Origin: Ophelia neglecta
Lineage: Eukaryota
Assembly (NCBI GenBank): GCA_965285935.1
Contig: OZ260665.1
Location: forward strand, 21,390,001 to 21,454,000
DNA: 64,000 nucleotides
Reading direction: 5' to 3'
The notes beneath the pieces are model-generated. The model ran no database searches, was not told the DNA's origin, and saw only the letters and a program-made list of their open reading frames with translations. Of the stretch, positions 1 through 14,216 are shown piece by piece. Position 1 is the first letter of the stretch, and each line of letters opens with the position of its first letter. The translations under genes and the position numbers were made by a program.

Positions 1-3000
1 CACCTCACAAGGACGAGTATTTGCGATTAACGTGTCTGCATATCGATATCCCAACGCGCACTGGTCTCCTGCTCAGCGCTCCCGTCTATTTACTCGCCTT
101 CTGGCTTCCGAGGGCGGCGTAGTGATATGCAACGCTGGACAGCGCTCTTAACTTAAAATAGTACAGGAGCTACCTGTCTCTTATGCCTAGCATGTATTCG
201 TACGCAATCAGTCGTGTTTAAACCAAATGACAATCAAAAGGCACAAAAGTTTTTAAATATTAAGCCACAAACATTTTATTTTCCCTATTCATTTATATCA
301 ATTATTATTCTAATCGATAAGTGACCTTATCCATCCCAAATGCAAATGTTTCAACTTTCCTAATACCCAACTTAGGACAAATGAATGCGGAACCAAACGG
401 TGTCATAGCCAGTAAACACGGAATGAATTTATGTAGCACAGGTCTATGCTGCAAACCAGCGGCCTGTGTGATGAAGAGTAAATTCCCCGCCGTTTGCTTG
501 GTATCCAATTGCTTTCCATCCATTTTATCATTGTGGAGCAGCTTCATGATTATCTGCTTAATGGATTTGACATTATACCGGTTTTACACTGTCATGATAC
601 ACAGTAGAATTCAGTTAATTTCGTTTACCACCTTGCACTTAACCTTATTAAGCCTTTTGGGGATTGCTCGAATAAGTGCTATTTGAGGCAGCTGTCAATG
701 GCTGTTTTAAGACAAGTATGATGTACATAGGAAGAAATAACATTTTTCTATGAATTGTCGTAAGATGTAGGACGAATTGGAGATTTATTCTGGGACATTT
801 CAGAAACCAGTCCAACTTCACAGAGAATGTAACACAAAATACTATTAAAACCAGGTCCGATAAGCGGCAATATCCAACTCAGCACATATGAAGCGCGTTC
901 CAATTCTCTGATAGAATTTGAAATATAGCAATAGTCAAGATCAAGATTGTGCCTTGATTGAATACATTGCGTTGTTATGGACCATTTTAGTTAAACATAA
1001 CTTAAAATCGATGGATTCCAATTATTCACGGTTTGAGGTATAGCTGTTGTTAATGAAACCGCGAGTGATAGTTCTGGATGAGGAACCCATCTCTCACCAC
1101 CTTTTGTGACATCCATGCTCCCCGGGGTGTGTACGTCATTAAACACATCAATATCCTACCGGAGCTAATTGCTTAGTACGGAACTTCAAACCGAATTTCT
1201 TAACTGCATATATAACCTGAATTCATATTGATAAACTCACTAAATAATTATCACAGGCCAAAAGCGTCGAAAGCTATAATATAGAAAGAAATGGCAAATG
1301 TATTTTTTCTGATTTAAGTCTAAGGTAAACTTCTTTGCCTTGAGAAATTTGAAAGAAACTATAGTCAGTCTGTACCTTCTGGTTGGTGGTAGGCATGATT
1401 TTTTTATTTCATTCATTGAGCAAATCTTGTTATGTGGTAATCTAATATCTCAACAAATGAAGAGCTTGTCATAAAATCTCGTACCGATAAAATATATAGC
1501 AAAATTGAATGTATAATAGTCGTAGCTAAATATCATGTACAAAAAGGAACTTGTTTTCAAAGAGTCCCCTTCAACCTAAACAAAATATAAAAAGAATGAT
1601 GCGTATTGGCCAGTCTATTATTTGAAGTCTACTAAAGCGTCTGATACGGGGATGTGTGCGATGTGCCGTTTACTTACCACTGCTGAGCTCGTGTGCACTA
1701 GGGTCGCTGTGAGATATTGCTTAGCATTTAGGTTTAATACAGGGGACCGCAATTGAATTATATCCTCCTAGCGGCTGCTTTTGTCTTAGCTCGGAATGGC
1801 TCGATTCGGGATCCCAATTATATTTGTTAGCCGGTTTCTGGGCAATTCAAAATGTGTTTTATAATATTTTGCTTGCCAGTTAAATCCGAATACTCCGTGT
1901 TCCTTTGGAATTAAAACCCGGATCATGTCCCGCTTAAATGTACCTTCTGCCTGCTAAAGTGCTCCTGGTCTTATATGGACTGAGTAATAGAATTGGTGCC
2001 CCACGGAATCTTACAATATTCGCAGCTATGGGAGGCTGATTGCCAATTATTCAGGTGTCCTATTCAGTATTAGTGGGTTTAAGCCATCATAATTAGCCTA
2101 TTTCCGAAACTTAACTACCGAATCGAATAAAATCGCTGCTAGATGCGGAAGGATTTAAGGTGAATTTGGATGAGTACACAATTTCCAGTGGCCTTCAAAT
2201 GACATCAGCAGTGAAATTGGCGCGGGTTATGTTGTACGGTACACACTGTAAAAGAGCACGCTGAACATTAAAACTAACTGCAGAGTAAGAAAACGTTTCA
2301 AGTGTTATTTTATGGCGGTGTTCCGAATTCAGATTATGATATCCATTTTCAATGTAAATTCGTTGCGGTCTGCAGAAAGCAGAATAAGGGAACCTTCGTT
2401 AGTTCCCTTTATTACGGTCTGTATGCATAATATATATAGATGGCAATTTTATTTAAGTGTTTTCAGTCCTACGATCTTCATTCTACTCGGACAATAGTTT
2501 CCATTATTGCTTGGCTGGCAGGTGGAAAATGGTAGAATTTTTATCAATGTTTGTTGAGCACAAGCGCAATGAAAGAAAGATAGTAAGACATTGATGTAAA
2601 CTATTTAGGTATAGCGTCCTGATTAAAATGGTTCTCATGCATTTACATTCCAGGCATTTTTATTAGGAAATGATTTGTTCTATGTTAATATTATCTCATG
2701 ACTTCACTTCATGCGATTAAAACAGCAATAACATATATTTGTTATTAGGAATTATTCACATGATGAATAATATACAATTAGGAAGTAGTTTTTTTGCCAC
2801 AAAATGTCGGCTTAAAATTGTAAAAAAAATTGCACCGCATTAAACTTATGACCAAGAATTATCCTCTCTCAAAATAATGTTCCCGGGTGTTTAAATCTGT
2901 ATGTATCTATTGGCATTAGGTGATGGGAAGGGAATTCTTAGATGTCTATTACTACCATCCAGTCTCGACAGTGGCGTCTAGCCTTCCTCTGATGATTTCT

Positions 3001-3643
3001 CTATGGACATTATTAATTTATCTTCCGTCGACAATCTCCCTTTGGGGAAAATTCGCTGCGGAAATATAACAAATGGTGATTGCCCGAAGGCCATCTTTAT
3101 AATTGAATTAAATCCAAACATTTAGTGCCAATTTGGATGGTGATCACAAGTCTGGGTCGATCCGAAGTCCAACTCTCCGCAAGCCGTGTATCGGTTACGC
3201 GGAGTCGTTACAAAGATACCAGGGGTTATGATAGCCACAGCCTGTACGCAGTCTCGTTGTCGGCCACAATGCGTTCAAAACCGAAAAGAAACCTAGGCAT
3301 TATACAGCGCTTAAACATTTCTTTAACAGGCTTCAAATATCAACGCCTGATCTTTTATGATGCAACTATGGTCGCATAAATGGTTGTGATGTGTAATAGA
3401 ATGACGCGTAATTCAGTACTTTTTACCACCGTTTAAGAATCAAATTTAAAGAATACCTGATCTAGACAATGCTCATTTATTTGGCATTAGCAACATATAT
3501 TTCACTTTCTTGCTGTTTTGTGCTAGTTAGCACGTGGACCATGAAAGTTTTATTGTTCTTTCTGATAGAATCGGTAATGCCCGGTCATCTATAGTGAATG
3601 GCGTCAGCGAAGGAATCTTAAAGCATGAACATGTTGTTGTTAA

Positions 3644-3703
3644 CCCTTTCAACGCTACTGAGGGCAGATGATCCTTTGGTTTCATATATTCAGAGTTGAA
3701 AGG
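3644..3703. mobile_element. Miniature piggyBac-like element (60 bp)
   Basis: TTAA|CCCTTTCAAC...GTTGAAAGG|TTAA. Short terminal inverted repeats starting with CCC are flanked by TTAA at 3640-3643 and 3704-3707, the piggyBac signature. Confidence 0.6.
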
Positions 3704-5284
3704 TTAAATTATATTGAAATGAAATAAAGTAGAAACTTATAGTGTTATGATTTGAATACAGCAGGGCAATCCTTCATAACCCATAGAAATATGTAACCGC
3801 GGGATTTAAAAAAAAAACATTGTATTAACAAGTGAATATCGACATGACTTATATTGAACAGTTACAAGATAGTTTATTGTCGCTAAACGATCCCCTATCA
3901 GTTCTTTCTCAAATTGCTTTGGACAGAATAACAGGTTAGTCTATAGAATGGGTATTTGCGGCTATTTATGGTAAGAATTTTATCTGAAGTGGGCTTAAGA
4001 GGTCTCTTTGGAGCCGTTCAAAGCTTTAGACACAGACAGCCAGCAAATGATTACAGCAAATAGACTAATACATTATCCGATATTGAATGCTTCTCCTTGT
4101 GCTTATGGAAGATAAGAATTAGGAAGAGGTATGCTATCAGAACACTGTGACGGGAGACGATACCTTACCTATGACCTGGACGGAAAATAAATGTTTATTC
4201 TAAGCAAACCATGACTGCATTACAATAAAACAATTCACCAAATCAATGCTAAAGGCGTCTGCATAACGGCTCAAAAGAACTCCAATTGAAAGTTTTAGCG
4301 GATAACACTTTCTGGCTTTGCATTCTTGGCGACTATGATATTTCCTTCGCACCTTTATCACTAAGTTAACAATGTTATCACTATGTAAATTGGTGAAGGA
4401 TAATGCGGTAGTCAGAATTGCAGTATTGAAACATACTACTGGATATCAAGGGCATTGCCTCTAGGATGAGCTTAATCGCATTACAACATCCACCTAACCT
4501 TCATTGACAGCCTACACAAGCCCCTGGCAGCTGAAACAACGCCTTGAAGGGACTAGATATACGCCAGATATATCTACCAAATAATTACCAATCTTTAGAA
4601 AACACTCAATATTTACCTACCAACTTAATTACCAGCTTACTTACCAAGTTGATTAATACCATTTCCATTTATCAAGAACATTATTATTTATGAAGCTATT
4701 TATGCACAATTAGATACTGCTTTCCCCCGAGTGTCGGTGGCAGATTGCAAAAGAATACTTTATTCCATTTTTCAGTATCCAATCCTGGACAAAACATAAG
4801 ATATACTGTTGCTCTTATCTTTAAATAAATTAATCATCCTCGCAAGGCCGAGTTAACGCATGTATCAAACACTGCTTTTCTGGCTTAATTTCTTGAGAAT
4901 TACAAATTTTAATGATGCATGTCATGGGAGTTTATATTCCTGCTCCATGATATCGCAACTGAAACTCCGATACAACATTATGAAATATGAACATGGTGAG
5001 CTCTATCAAAACATTGATCTTAGATAAACATTGCGGGATTCGGTAGCATTCAACAGCCGACCAAATATGCACTCTTAGAGGCTTCCTGGTAATTTTGATT
5101 CATTCGTTCTTAGTCAGGATTTGAACTTCCAGCCTGTGACTTCGTTATTACTTATAACTCAAAAGCGTGGTTATTATCTATTTCGATTAGTTCAGTTATA
5201 TGCATGACACATATTCACTTATTGTACCATGTAAAGTGCTACATGAACCATTTACTAACTGTGTGCTGCGATCAAACAATTTCG

Positions 5285-5482
5285 GGGGTAGTATCAGGAC
5301 TGGTCAACCCGGTGTCAGTATAATGTGACTGGGTGGGGTTCCCTGTCTGGTGTCTAAGGCAGGTAACCCAGTGAGGCAGCACTCTACAGAGGGCATTTGG
5401 CCCACTGTCACAAGTAGGCACTGTGGCGATATGTCCGATAAGTGTTGAAAGTCACGTAAAACCCCAAACAACAACAACAACA
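5285..5482 (+). mobile_element. SINE family 1, body and 3' end (MetaSINE/RUDI-like), 5'-truncated
   Basis: Body AGGACTGGTCAACCCGGTGTCAGTATAATGTGACTGGGTG, then GATATGTCCGATAAGTGTTGAAAGTCACGTAAAACC and a (CAA)n tail. A homologous copy lies on the minus strand at 58493-58612. The family name is from recalled similarity only. Confidence 0.75.
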
Positions 5483-6572
5483 GCGACCAAACAATGAGAT
5501 ATAACTTCCCCACCATTCCCGTGACCTGCTCTCAGTTTGTACACTCCATGCAGCGGCAAGGCCTTTCAGAGCATACAGCCCTCAAACGGATATGGTCATT
5601 ATATTCAAGGATTTGAACGCTAACAATCCAGCTTATCTGCTGAACGATACTTAGGGATATATATCTCCAAATTCACTTTACAGTGGATTAAGATTCTAAG
5701 ATGTATAATGATAGTGAGCAAATTAATGTATTAATACATTGACCATATAACACATATACATGGTATATATTCAAAGTACTTGTGCTTTTACATTTTTACA
5801 CTATTACAAAGATCTGCCCAGGTATAGATGTCAGGCCGCACGTTTTATAATAAACTCTGATGAAAAGCTATTATATCTTTTTCCGCTTATTATTATATCC
5901 TTGGGCTCTTTTTGTATTGTGCAGTCTAACCTGTGTGATGTTTTATGTTGTTGAGCAGTCGTGGTACTACAATCAGCAGCATCGCTATTTTCTGGGAATC
6001 GAAAGTCGACTATTTTGTCTTCTCAGCCTTCTCTTCATTTGACACAGATAGAGAGACACATATTTGTGTGGGTGGTCGGCATTTATATTTCATCGACCAA
6101 ACTGATTATCCTCGGCAGTACAGTTATTCAGGCTACATCGCCTGGGGTTCTCGCTGACATCTTAATTTAAAAATGCTACTATGAAAGTATTGTGGCTATT
6201 TGTCTTTCGGGCGTAGGAGACTTACAATGGGGCAGAGAGGGAAGAGGCTGATTTGTAAGCTGTTATCTTTGTCATATACAGTAACAAATAGAAGATGCAG
6301 GTAAAATGTCATTTAAAACGTTCCGAATTAGCTTAATCTATAAGCTATAAACCATATATACGTTCATTTTTTTCTCAGATTATGTTCCAGCCTCCAGAAG
6401 TTGCTCGTTTCAATACGTATTATTTATTTCTCATTGAATGATCATGCTCGTAGAAAGTATTAACCCTTTGCCATATTGTATAATGTAGCATTTTTAATTG
6501 CATTGTACAATATTTTTCATGTAAGTCGTCTGACACTTCCAAAAAGTATAATACGCTGAATTCACGAACGTT

Positions 6573-6596
6573 TATATATATATATATATATATATA
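6573..6596. repeat. (TA)12 microsatellite
   Basis: Directly visible. Confidence 0.95.
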
Positions 6597-6992
6597 TTGA
6601 TATGCACTCCATTACGTGTTATACTTCTAGATATAAAGTATGGCTTTAATGCACGAAACCATTATTGTCATATTTCGCCGTACCTTTATTACTTTCTTTT
6701 TCTCTTTGGGATTTTTATGTGAAATACCATGCAAAATCATTTGCAAATTCCTTAAAAATTGTTACCAATAGCTTCCTATGGTTCGACAAGTTATCAATGC
6801 TGGTGAAGGACTTTCAAAATATCCTTCGTTTGATCAAATGTATTCAGCACTATATTTCATCCCACTTTGACAACTGGTAGGTTTGTTTCTTGATCTGGCT
6901 CGCAACATGGAAAATTGTTGACTACTGCTTCTAGAAATATTAATGTTTTATTTCGTAAGCTTTGTTTTGTTAGTTGTTTACTTTTTACTATT

Positions 6993-7117
6993 GGGGAGCT
7001 GGAGATTGATCTATTGTTGAGTGTGGGCCTGTGGCTCCTGGTTCCAGATTATTTCGAGCTAATTTAATGGACATTTTTCATTAATGCTTTTGTTTTTTCC
7101 GCCAGGTAACCACTCCC
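6993..7117 (+). repeat. Unnamed dispersed repeat family X, copy 1 (strand follows the consensus as written)
   Basis: AGCTGGAGATT..GTGTGGGCCTGTGGCT..CTAATTTAATGGACATTTT..TTTTCCGCCAGGTAACCAC, collinear with the other copies. Confidence 0.65.
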
Positions 7118-10100
7118 GTATTTTCATTTGGGGTTCATTACTAAACAGATAATCTCACTCGAGGGAAAACGGCTGGCGTCATCCCCTCATCATGAGTTAT
7201 TCGAAACGAAGATACTAAGGAAGTTCAGGACGTGAAGTATTGACAGCATTTGTCCGTTGGGACTGTCTAGACTGAGCAGCTTGACACGTCTTATGTAAAT
7301 TTGAGAGCCCACTTAATAATCACGCTATCAACCGCTAACAATTGGCGCATTGCCACAATTCATTGTGTCGAACTCTAATAATATTCACAGTTGCTAGATA
7401 ACCATTACGCATTAAAAGAATAAAGTTATTTACCTTTCCACGATATATATTCGGTTGCAGTTTCGCATTTGTAAACATTTCCAACAGACAAATTATAAGC
7501 CAACATTCTTGGCTGCTCAACCCATTTGATTGTAGCCTACAGCTAGTCACCGCTGTGACGTTAAACATCCCGTTGATGATTCCACTTGGGACATTATCCA
7601 CTCTCTTCTGCCGACAATCCCTCACAGCAGCAAATTCTATGTACACAAATACAAAGCACCAGTTCCCTTGGGCTATAAATGTAAATCAAAGATTATTCAA
7701 AGCAGCTTAAATCAATTTGGATCATATTCCTCCATCTACTATTCGTTGGCCTGTAGTTTGCGGATTTTGTTGTAATTTTAAAATCAAATTAAAATCCAAA
7801 ATGAATCGCCAGCCACTGATGGAGAAAAAACGGGAAACGATTACCGGCAGAAAAACCAAATCATTGATAAAAAATATCATTTGAAGAAAAAAAAATAGTA
7901 TCGCCTGGTCAACCGCTTTTCATGACGCTGGTCACATCACATAACGAATGAGTCAGTGGTCAAAGTAAAAAATATTTCCCATGAGAGGCTAAGATGGTTT
8001 ATGCTCTTTCATTATATTTAGAAACTAGTGTAAACTGTGTCTCAGTAAATACAAGAGCAAAAAGAGATGTAAAAGGTCACTAAATATTAAAAAAGAAAAT
8101 TATTTCAAATCTCATCGATAGTTATTTATTACTTATGTAAAGTGAAGCAGTCACGCTTTTGTTGTGACTTAACACAGGTATCTACGCCATACGTTTTTTA
8201 AATATGTATAATACAGATCCACGTGGCCCAGAGCGCAGTTGATCACTCATAGTCATGGCAGTCTTAATCATATACGAATTTCATATGATGTAATATCGCT
8301 TAACAGTACTGCCTGGAAATGCTTTTCCAAATTAAAATACAAAACGGAAAATGTTGTAGAAACAAATAGGGAGGGTTCCAGTTCCAAAAGTGAAAAAATC
8401 GACTATGAATTTCTAGACAATGATGAGTGAAAAAACAAACTTTCATTTTGTTGCTTATTAAGTTTTGTCTCCTGAATACGCTGTTGGCACCAGAATACAT
8501 TGTGATAGGGAAAATCAGATTCTTTTATACCGCTTCAAGCTAACAAAGTAGGTTCCCGTGGTACCTTCTGGAGGTTGAGCACTGCTGTTTTCGTCGAAGG
8601 TAATATCAGAGGTAATATCAACGAATTATCATGCATCATTCTGTCCTTACAATTTCTCATCATTACCGTCTGCAAAACTTCTCTCCTTCCAGGAAGATAT
8701 ATGGATGCCACGGAGCATGTTTTCAACATAAATCCAGTAGCCGCCCATATATATTTGAACTACGGAGCCTTTACTGGTCAATATTGTCAAAAGACAGAGT
8801 GTCTGCTGTAAGGTGTACCTGATCCTTCTTGAATGTTTGCTTCACATCATTGTCATTCATGAACTGCCAACGAGATTAAGCGTTTCGACTCAATTTTTCT
8901 TATATCTCCTATAACTTAAATACGTAGTGTGTAGTATAAATCTTATTTTTCAAGGTGAGGTCATAAGCGCTGATTGGTCACTAACAGTTAGGAATATTAG
9001 ACTGTTTCTCATTAAATTCAAGCCGGTTCTTTTTATATATTTAGATCTGGCCTCTTTCCAGCATATATTGGTCTCCATTCTTTTCTACAACGATGTGCTA
9101 TGTATCATTATTTTATCCTTCTTATCCATTACATATTGTCCCTCACCGAAATTCGAGCGAGAGTCTGTGTTCTGCAGACAGCAAGTGACTTATTCTCCCT
9201 GATTCAAGTGGAAGTAATTTTTCTTTGATTCTCAGCATGTGGGCAAATTTACACCCTGTGAATGTATTCTAGCTAACAGGGTAAAGCTGGAGATGGTTTA
9301 TTTTTTGCGTGTAAGCAAGGTCTTATCTTTTTTTGTGCTTCTTCTTCAATTATCATATACTCTTTCAATAACAATCCTTTTCTCTTTTTTGATTGAGTGT
9401 GTGTCAGTTGCTGTTGACTTGCGACTTCTTAACTCAATCAATGAAAATTAGTTTTGAAATGTACCTGCACGGAGCAAAAAAGGTACAATTATTTACCATT
9501 AGGAATACGTACTGATGTTTGGCAAGTGCAACATCGAGAACGAGAAGTCTACAAATCGATATAAATAGTACAGTTTATCGATATAAAATAAGTGAATTTT
9601 CTAGGTTGCTTCATGTTGTTTCCACTTATCACTAGCTCGGCCGTAAATGAGATGCCTAAAAATATCTCCATCAATAGGTGTCTGATGCTTAGACAGGCGT
9701 GGGGCCGAATGGATCGTATTATTTATCGGACTGGTCATTTTCGACACAGCAATCTGTCAAATGCCTATAGGTGTGGACTATGAGAGAGTCGTAGAGATAT
9801 ATCTCACTTCTGTGGTCAGGCCACAAAATAGTAGTCTAATTTCGCTAATTTAAAGGTGTTTTATTTCTATTTGTGTGTTATACCGCTCACCAAAACATCA
9901 ACGTAACTTATCTCTCATCGTATACTCGCAATAAAATATTTTAGATTGCACTAGCAACATAATACACCAGCTGTGCCAGAATGTTAAATCGCCAGCACTA
10001 CAATAACGCTAGTATTTATGTGCGCTAGAACGCAGGCAAATTCCGGATCATTTGTCAGCATTTGCGTCCAATCTATCAAGGGTTTTGCTCTCGTCTGCTA

Positions 10101-11170
10101 AGGCTGATTGTCATGACCATACCCATTAGCACTTCATTCGTCAAAGCGCCGTAGGGTCCATTATAGAAGCATTATATATATGTATGTTTCAGCTTTCTTA
10201 GTATATACTTTTTACTGTGTGTTACTCGGTAAGAAGGAATACTTCACCTACAATACGGTGAATGCATGTGGCCATATTCAAGATTGATACAAGGCCTATA
10301 CCACCAACTCAATATTGAATTCAATGACAACTGTCCTGTTGCGAACTATATTAAAATCTGAAAATATACTTATAATATTTATTAACAACTTTCTGAATAT
10401 ATAAGATGTTATTCTATCGCTTGAAATGCATAAAAATGAGTGGAAACCCATGCTACAGATTAAGGTAACTTATCAAGTAGCACTGAGGGTTTTGGGAAAC
10501 ACACATGATAAATTAAATTTAATATTGAGGGTAGGGGTTGATGTTATTTATCGACAATGTACTGGTGAGTAAATAAGGTTGTATATTGAGTCTGTAAGTA
10601 CTTTATGAGTCTTTTTTTTATCTGTGCAAGACTCGAAACGAGATTGCTTTTTTAGTCAGAGTAACCAATTCCCTAATAATTGCCGACACTGATAAATGGG
10701 ATTTGTCTGCTAGTCTGGCCTTACAAAAGATGATATAGTAGCTACTTTCCTAAACTTCCAGAAGAAACCAATATACTAGGCCCAGTTGAAGCATAATTCG
10801 GCCGCGTCAAGCTGTATATCCGCCGAGTGGAAAATGGACAGCAATACAAGCTGCAGGTTTGATCAGTGAAAACGTATATAGACCAAACTGTTTACAGAAG
10901 AGGCTTTGGTCAGATTGGTCAAGATAACCAGATTTGTTTGATCAAAGCAATCACTAAAATAGTAAAATAATATCCGTGGGTTTCTAACTGCAACTATTTT
11001 TTTTATCAGCAGACGTCTGCCGCGCCTTCACCAGATGTTCATCCAGTTTCTAGTAACTTGAGTGGTAATAAAGGTGTCTCTAAATGCTATGTGAGCATGA
11101 CCTTTTGGCACTTCATGCATATTTATTTTCTTCATTTTGTCTTATTTTCGTTTCGGTTTACTTACTTTTT

Positions 11171-11276
11171 GTAGCAGGGGATATTTGTGTGTATGCGGGC
11201 CAGTGGCTTGGGGTTTACAGACTAATTAAATCGACTTTTCTAGACTAATAATGTTGCTTTGTCTGCCGGATGTACC
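11171..11276 (+). repeat. Family X, copy 2
   Basis: AGCAGGGGAT..TGCGGGCCAGTGGCT..CTAATTAAATCGACTTTT..TTTGTCTGCCGGATGTACC. Confidence 0.65.
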
Positions 11277-11863
11277 TTTCTTATTTTTGCATTTAAAAGC
11301 CGCCCCTGCTTCAATTTGACGTGGTTCTTGCGCGTTCCTTGACGAAATATATACGATTTCATAAAACGTACTAAGAGAATATCTCGTTTTTAGTTCTATG
11401 ATACCATTCAAAAGTCAAGCTGGTAGGTCACAAGTTAGCCGTTTGGTTCTGGTGTCTCAATCTTTCATGATTTCTTATCCGGATGAGGTAATTAATGCTC
11501 GCCGGAAGAGTGATAACTCTGCTATCTCCTCTATTCAGCTACCCTGAAAGTGAATACAAGAGCGGATATCTCGATTTTCCAGAGTGAGAAATGTTCTCAT
11601 CGCCTAACCTATGGCCGGCCTAGACTAGTGTCGTCTGCAGTGATCTACTGTGTTGGAACTGCATCGGATAACGCCAACAATATACATCAGCCTCCAGCGG
11701 AAGATCTCATAAACACTGTCTGCCGCGTGCTTAAATACACTTAGCTGATTTATAGCTACGTCATGGAGATAGATCGGCCAACTGCATCAATGAATATAAT
11801 CCCTACAAGTAATGTCTGTAGTCAAAAGGAGCATGGAAGCTATCAATTACAAGTTTATTTACT

Positions 11864-11912
11864 GTTGGTGGGCTGGGGATTGGTTTGGAACCTGCAGCTG
11901 GAGGTTTCTGAA
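11864..11912 (+). repeat. Family X, partial copy
   Basis: GGCTGGGGATTGGTTTGGAACCTGCAGCTGGAGG matches the first two blocks of the 25779 copy. Confidence 0.45.
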
Positions 11913-13289
11913 GATTTCGGACCGATTCAAGTTCGATTAAAACATGGAAACCGATCATACGGCCGAAAGCATTCTATATACATTGTAATAAGATACCTTC
12001 TTCCATGTCAACTTAAATAAATGAAACATACACTACCAATGTATTTTTTTAATTTTTAATTATACTAGCAGGGGTATGTTTTTGTTCTCTTAAAACCTAA
12101 ATAACAACGACTTGCTAGGGTGAGTTTTGTGTATAACCAAAATCCTGTTACTCCACTATAGTTTCTCTTCTCGTTTTCCATAAAGTATGATATAATTTAA
12201 CGCAAATAATATTCTTCACTTTAGTCTAGCTCTTCGACTAGAGCTACTGAGAGTAAGTGAAGAAGATTGATTTGGTAGATTCAATCAATTGATGCCAATA
12301 CACCTGGTATTTACAATGATTGAGACGGTTTTAAACAAACATTTTCTTTAGGAGGCAAACACTGTTCGCGCGTTAATGGTGCTATTGTCGGATACACGTT
12401 GGGCTAGGAACTTGCTAGTTTATAAGCAAAAAAAGGTTAGGTGCGCAGCTAGATTATCTCCTAAAACAACACAAGGTTTATTCATGATTGACTGTCAGTG
12501 TTCGCTATAGAAGTATTTACGCTCCATGCCAATGGCATCTAACACATTTAAATCGCAATAGAATAAGGCAGAATACGAGTGCATTTTTCTACGCGTTAAT
12601 ACCATTACAACATGCCAGCACGCATCCCTGCAGATCTATGACTTGCGGATAAACAACTCTTTCTGCAGTTAAAAGATTAAATCTTGCCTAAATTCCAATA
12701 CTAAAGCCAGGTTGAAGTTTTCTCAGATAAAATTAAACCGAGTTTGCCAAAAATAAGACGACCGATGTCACCAAGGCAAATATTTCAACTGAGGAAAATA
12801 TAATCAATAAGCAAATAGCTAAGATTCCACTGCTAACAAATATCTCCTTCAGGATAAAATCTGTTTTAAAAAGCGATAATGTCAACATAGAACATAAGGA
12901 GTACGACCTAAAGTCTTTTTAAATCCTGAGTCATTACTCATAAAAAGTCTCAGTTGATTTCATATTACCGATAAGCATTTAAAAAAAGCTGCGTGATTTC
13001 CTGGATGTTATCGTTTTCCGTCAAAACATGTCTGATTTATTCCACTGAACATTCTTCTTATTTCAGAAATATTCATATGACGATAAGTCTTTTGCTTATA
13101 AGAGACACGATAGTATTCTCTTGTATGAAGAAGGAAAACCAGAGGTTTAAGCATGAACTGATAAAACGTACATTGAATAATTAGAGAAAGAGAGACTGAG
13201 GTAAGTATGAAAGGTGTTTTATGGGCTGGGTTAAGTATGACAAAATGCCATATGAGCATGACTAAGATCCCGAGCACATATTTCACTTG

Positions 13290-13668
13290 GAGTTTGTTAT
13301 TTAATTTGAAGGCAACATAGACTAAAAAATGTAAACTACCAGAAATGTTTATCAATATATGCAATAAAACCATTACTTTTGAAGCCTATTCTGGACCCTT
13401 GTTATAATCCAATTATTGCAGCTTCTTCAAAGAAGAGGTTATACCAGAGGCGAAGGGTTGATTAATAGGGCTTCCAAAATTGAAATCTCATCAGCCTTGT
13501 GTTTGTTTATTATCAATTTTGCCTGTAGTTTTCTTGACATCTGAGGGAGGTAATCCGCCACTGTGAACACAAGCTTGTTCACTAAGCTCTGAAGTTGTGG
13601 GTCAGTACTTTGCAAAAAGGATGGCAGCAGATTGATATGTTTGTCATGCATAAAAATCCAGAATGCAT
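13290..13668 (-). mobile_element. Possible decayed DIRS-type tyrosine recombinase N-terminal fragment
   Basis: After a TTTCATTTAG acceptor-like site the frame reads (D)AFW..LQSTDPQLQSLVNKLVFTV...NPSPLV*PLLEEA. This recalls the 'DPxLQxLAxKLPxTV...SPLVxxxLE' region of invertebrate DIRS recombinases. Stops are present and no catalytic motifs were seen. Confidence 0.35.
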
Positions 13669-14117
13669 CTAAATGAAAGTATAAACAAACCGGCTTATGG
13701 AAAAAGCAAACGCTTCAAGGCCTGACGGAGCTGAACCCTGAAATTAGTCCATGGCACTGGACATTAATAACCCAATCCCAAACAACTGACCTAAGGCTAC
13801 AATACTAGCCCTGCACCTGCTGCAGGATTTAGTTAGCATGCCATTCAGATGTGTCCATGACTTGAGCCTGCTCATAGCCTCCACTCTGGTTTAATCAATA
13901 TCCAACAAACCCATCCTATAGTTTGACAGGCAACTGTCGAAACAGAGATCGATAGCAAGCAATGGCTAAGATGCGTTACATTTAAAATTTGAATTCCTGG
14001 CAGGTGGCAGAATGTGATACAAATGTACCCTGACATGTGCCGCCGGAAATACTTTAAAGAATACGGATAATATAGAATTTTATGATTACCTTCATTACCT
14101 TTTATTTTATTGTTACA

Positions 14118-14216
14118 GAGCTGTGTGTTCGATAGGTCGCAGCTGGGGGTTCATAACGATTTTAAATGCTGTATTCATGATAGAAGATGGGATTTTGTCT
14201 GCCGGGTACCCACTCC
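14118..14216 (+). repeat. Family X, copy 3
   Basis: GGTCGCAGCTGGGGGTT..ATTTTAAATG..TTTTGTCTGCCGGGTACCCACTCC. Confidence 0.6.

Noticed and set aside
1564-1576. miR-133-like GTCCCCTTCAACC
   Set aside because: Partial match only, with no precursor hairpin seen.
13066-13200. Plus-strand exon with TTTCAG acceptor and GAG|GTAAGT donor
   Set aside because: Stops in all three frames and no other support; such signals arise by chance in 64 kb.
13710-13812. tRNA gene or SINE head on the minus strand (B-box-like GGTTCAGCTCC); similar site at ~44213
   Set aside because: No cloverleaf and too degenerate to call.
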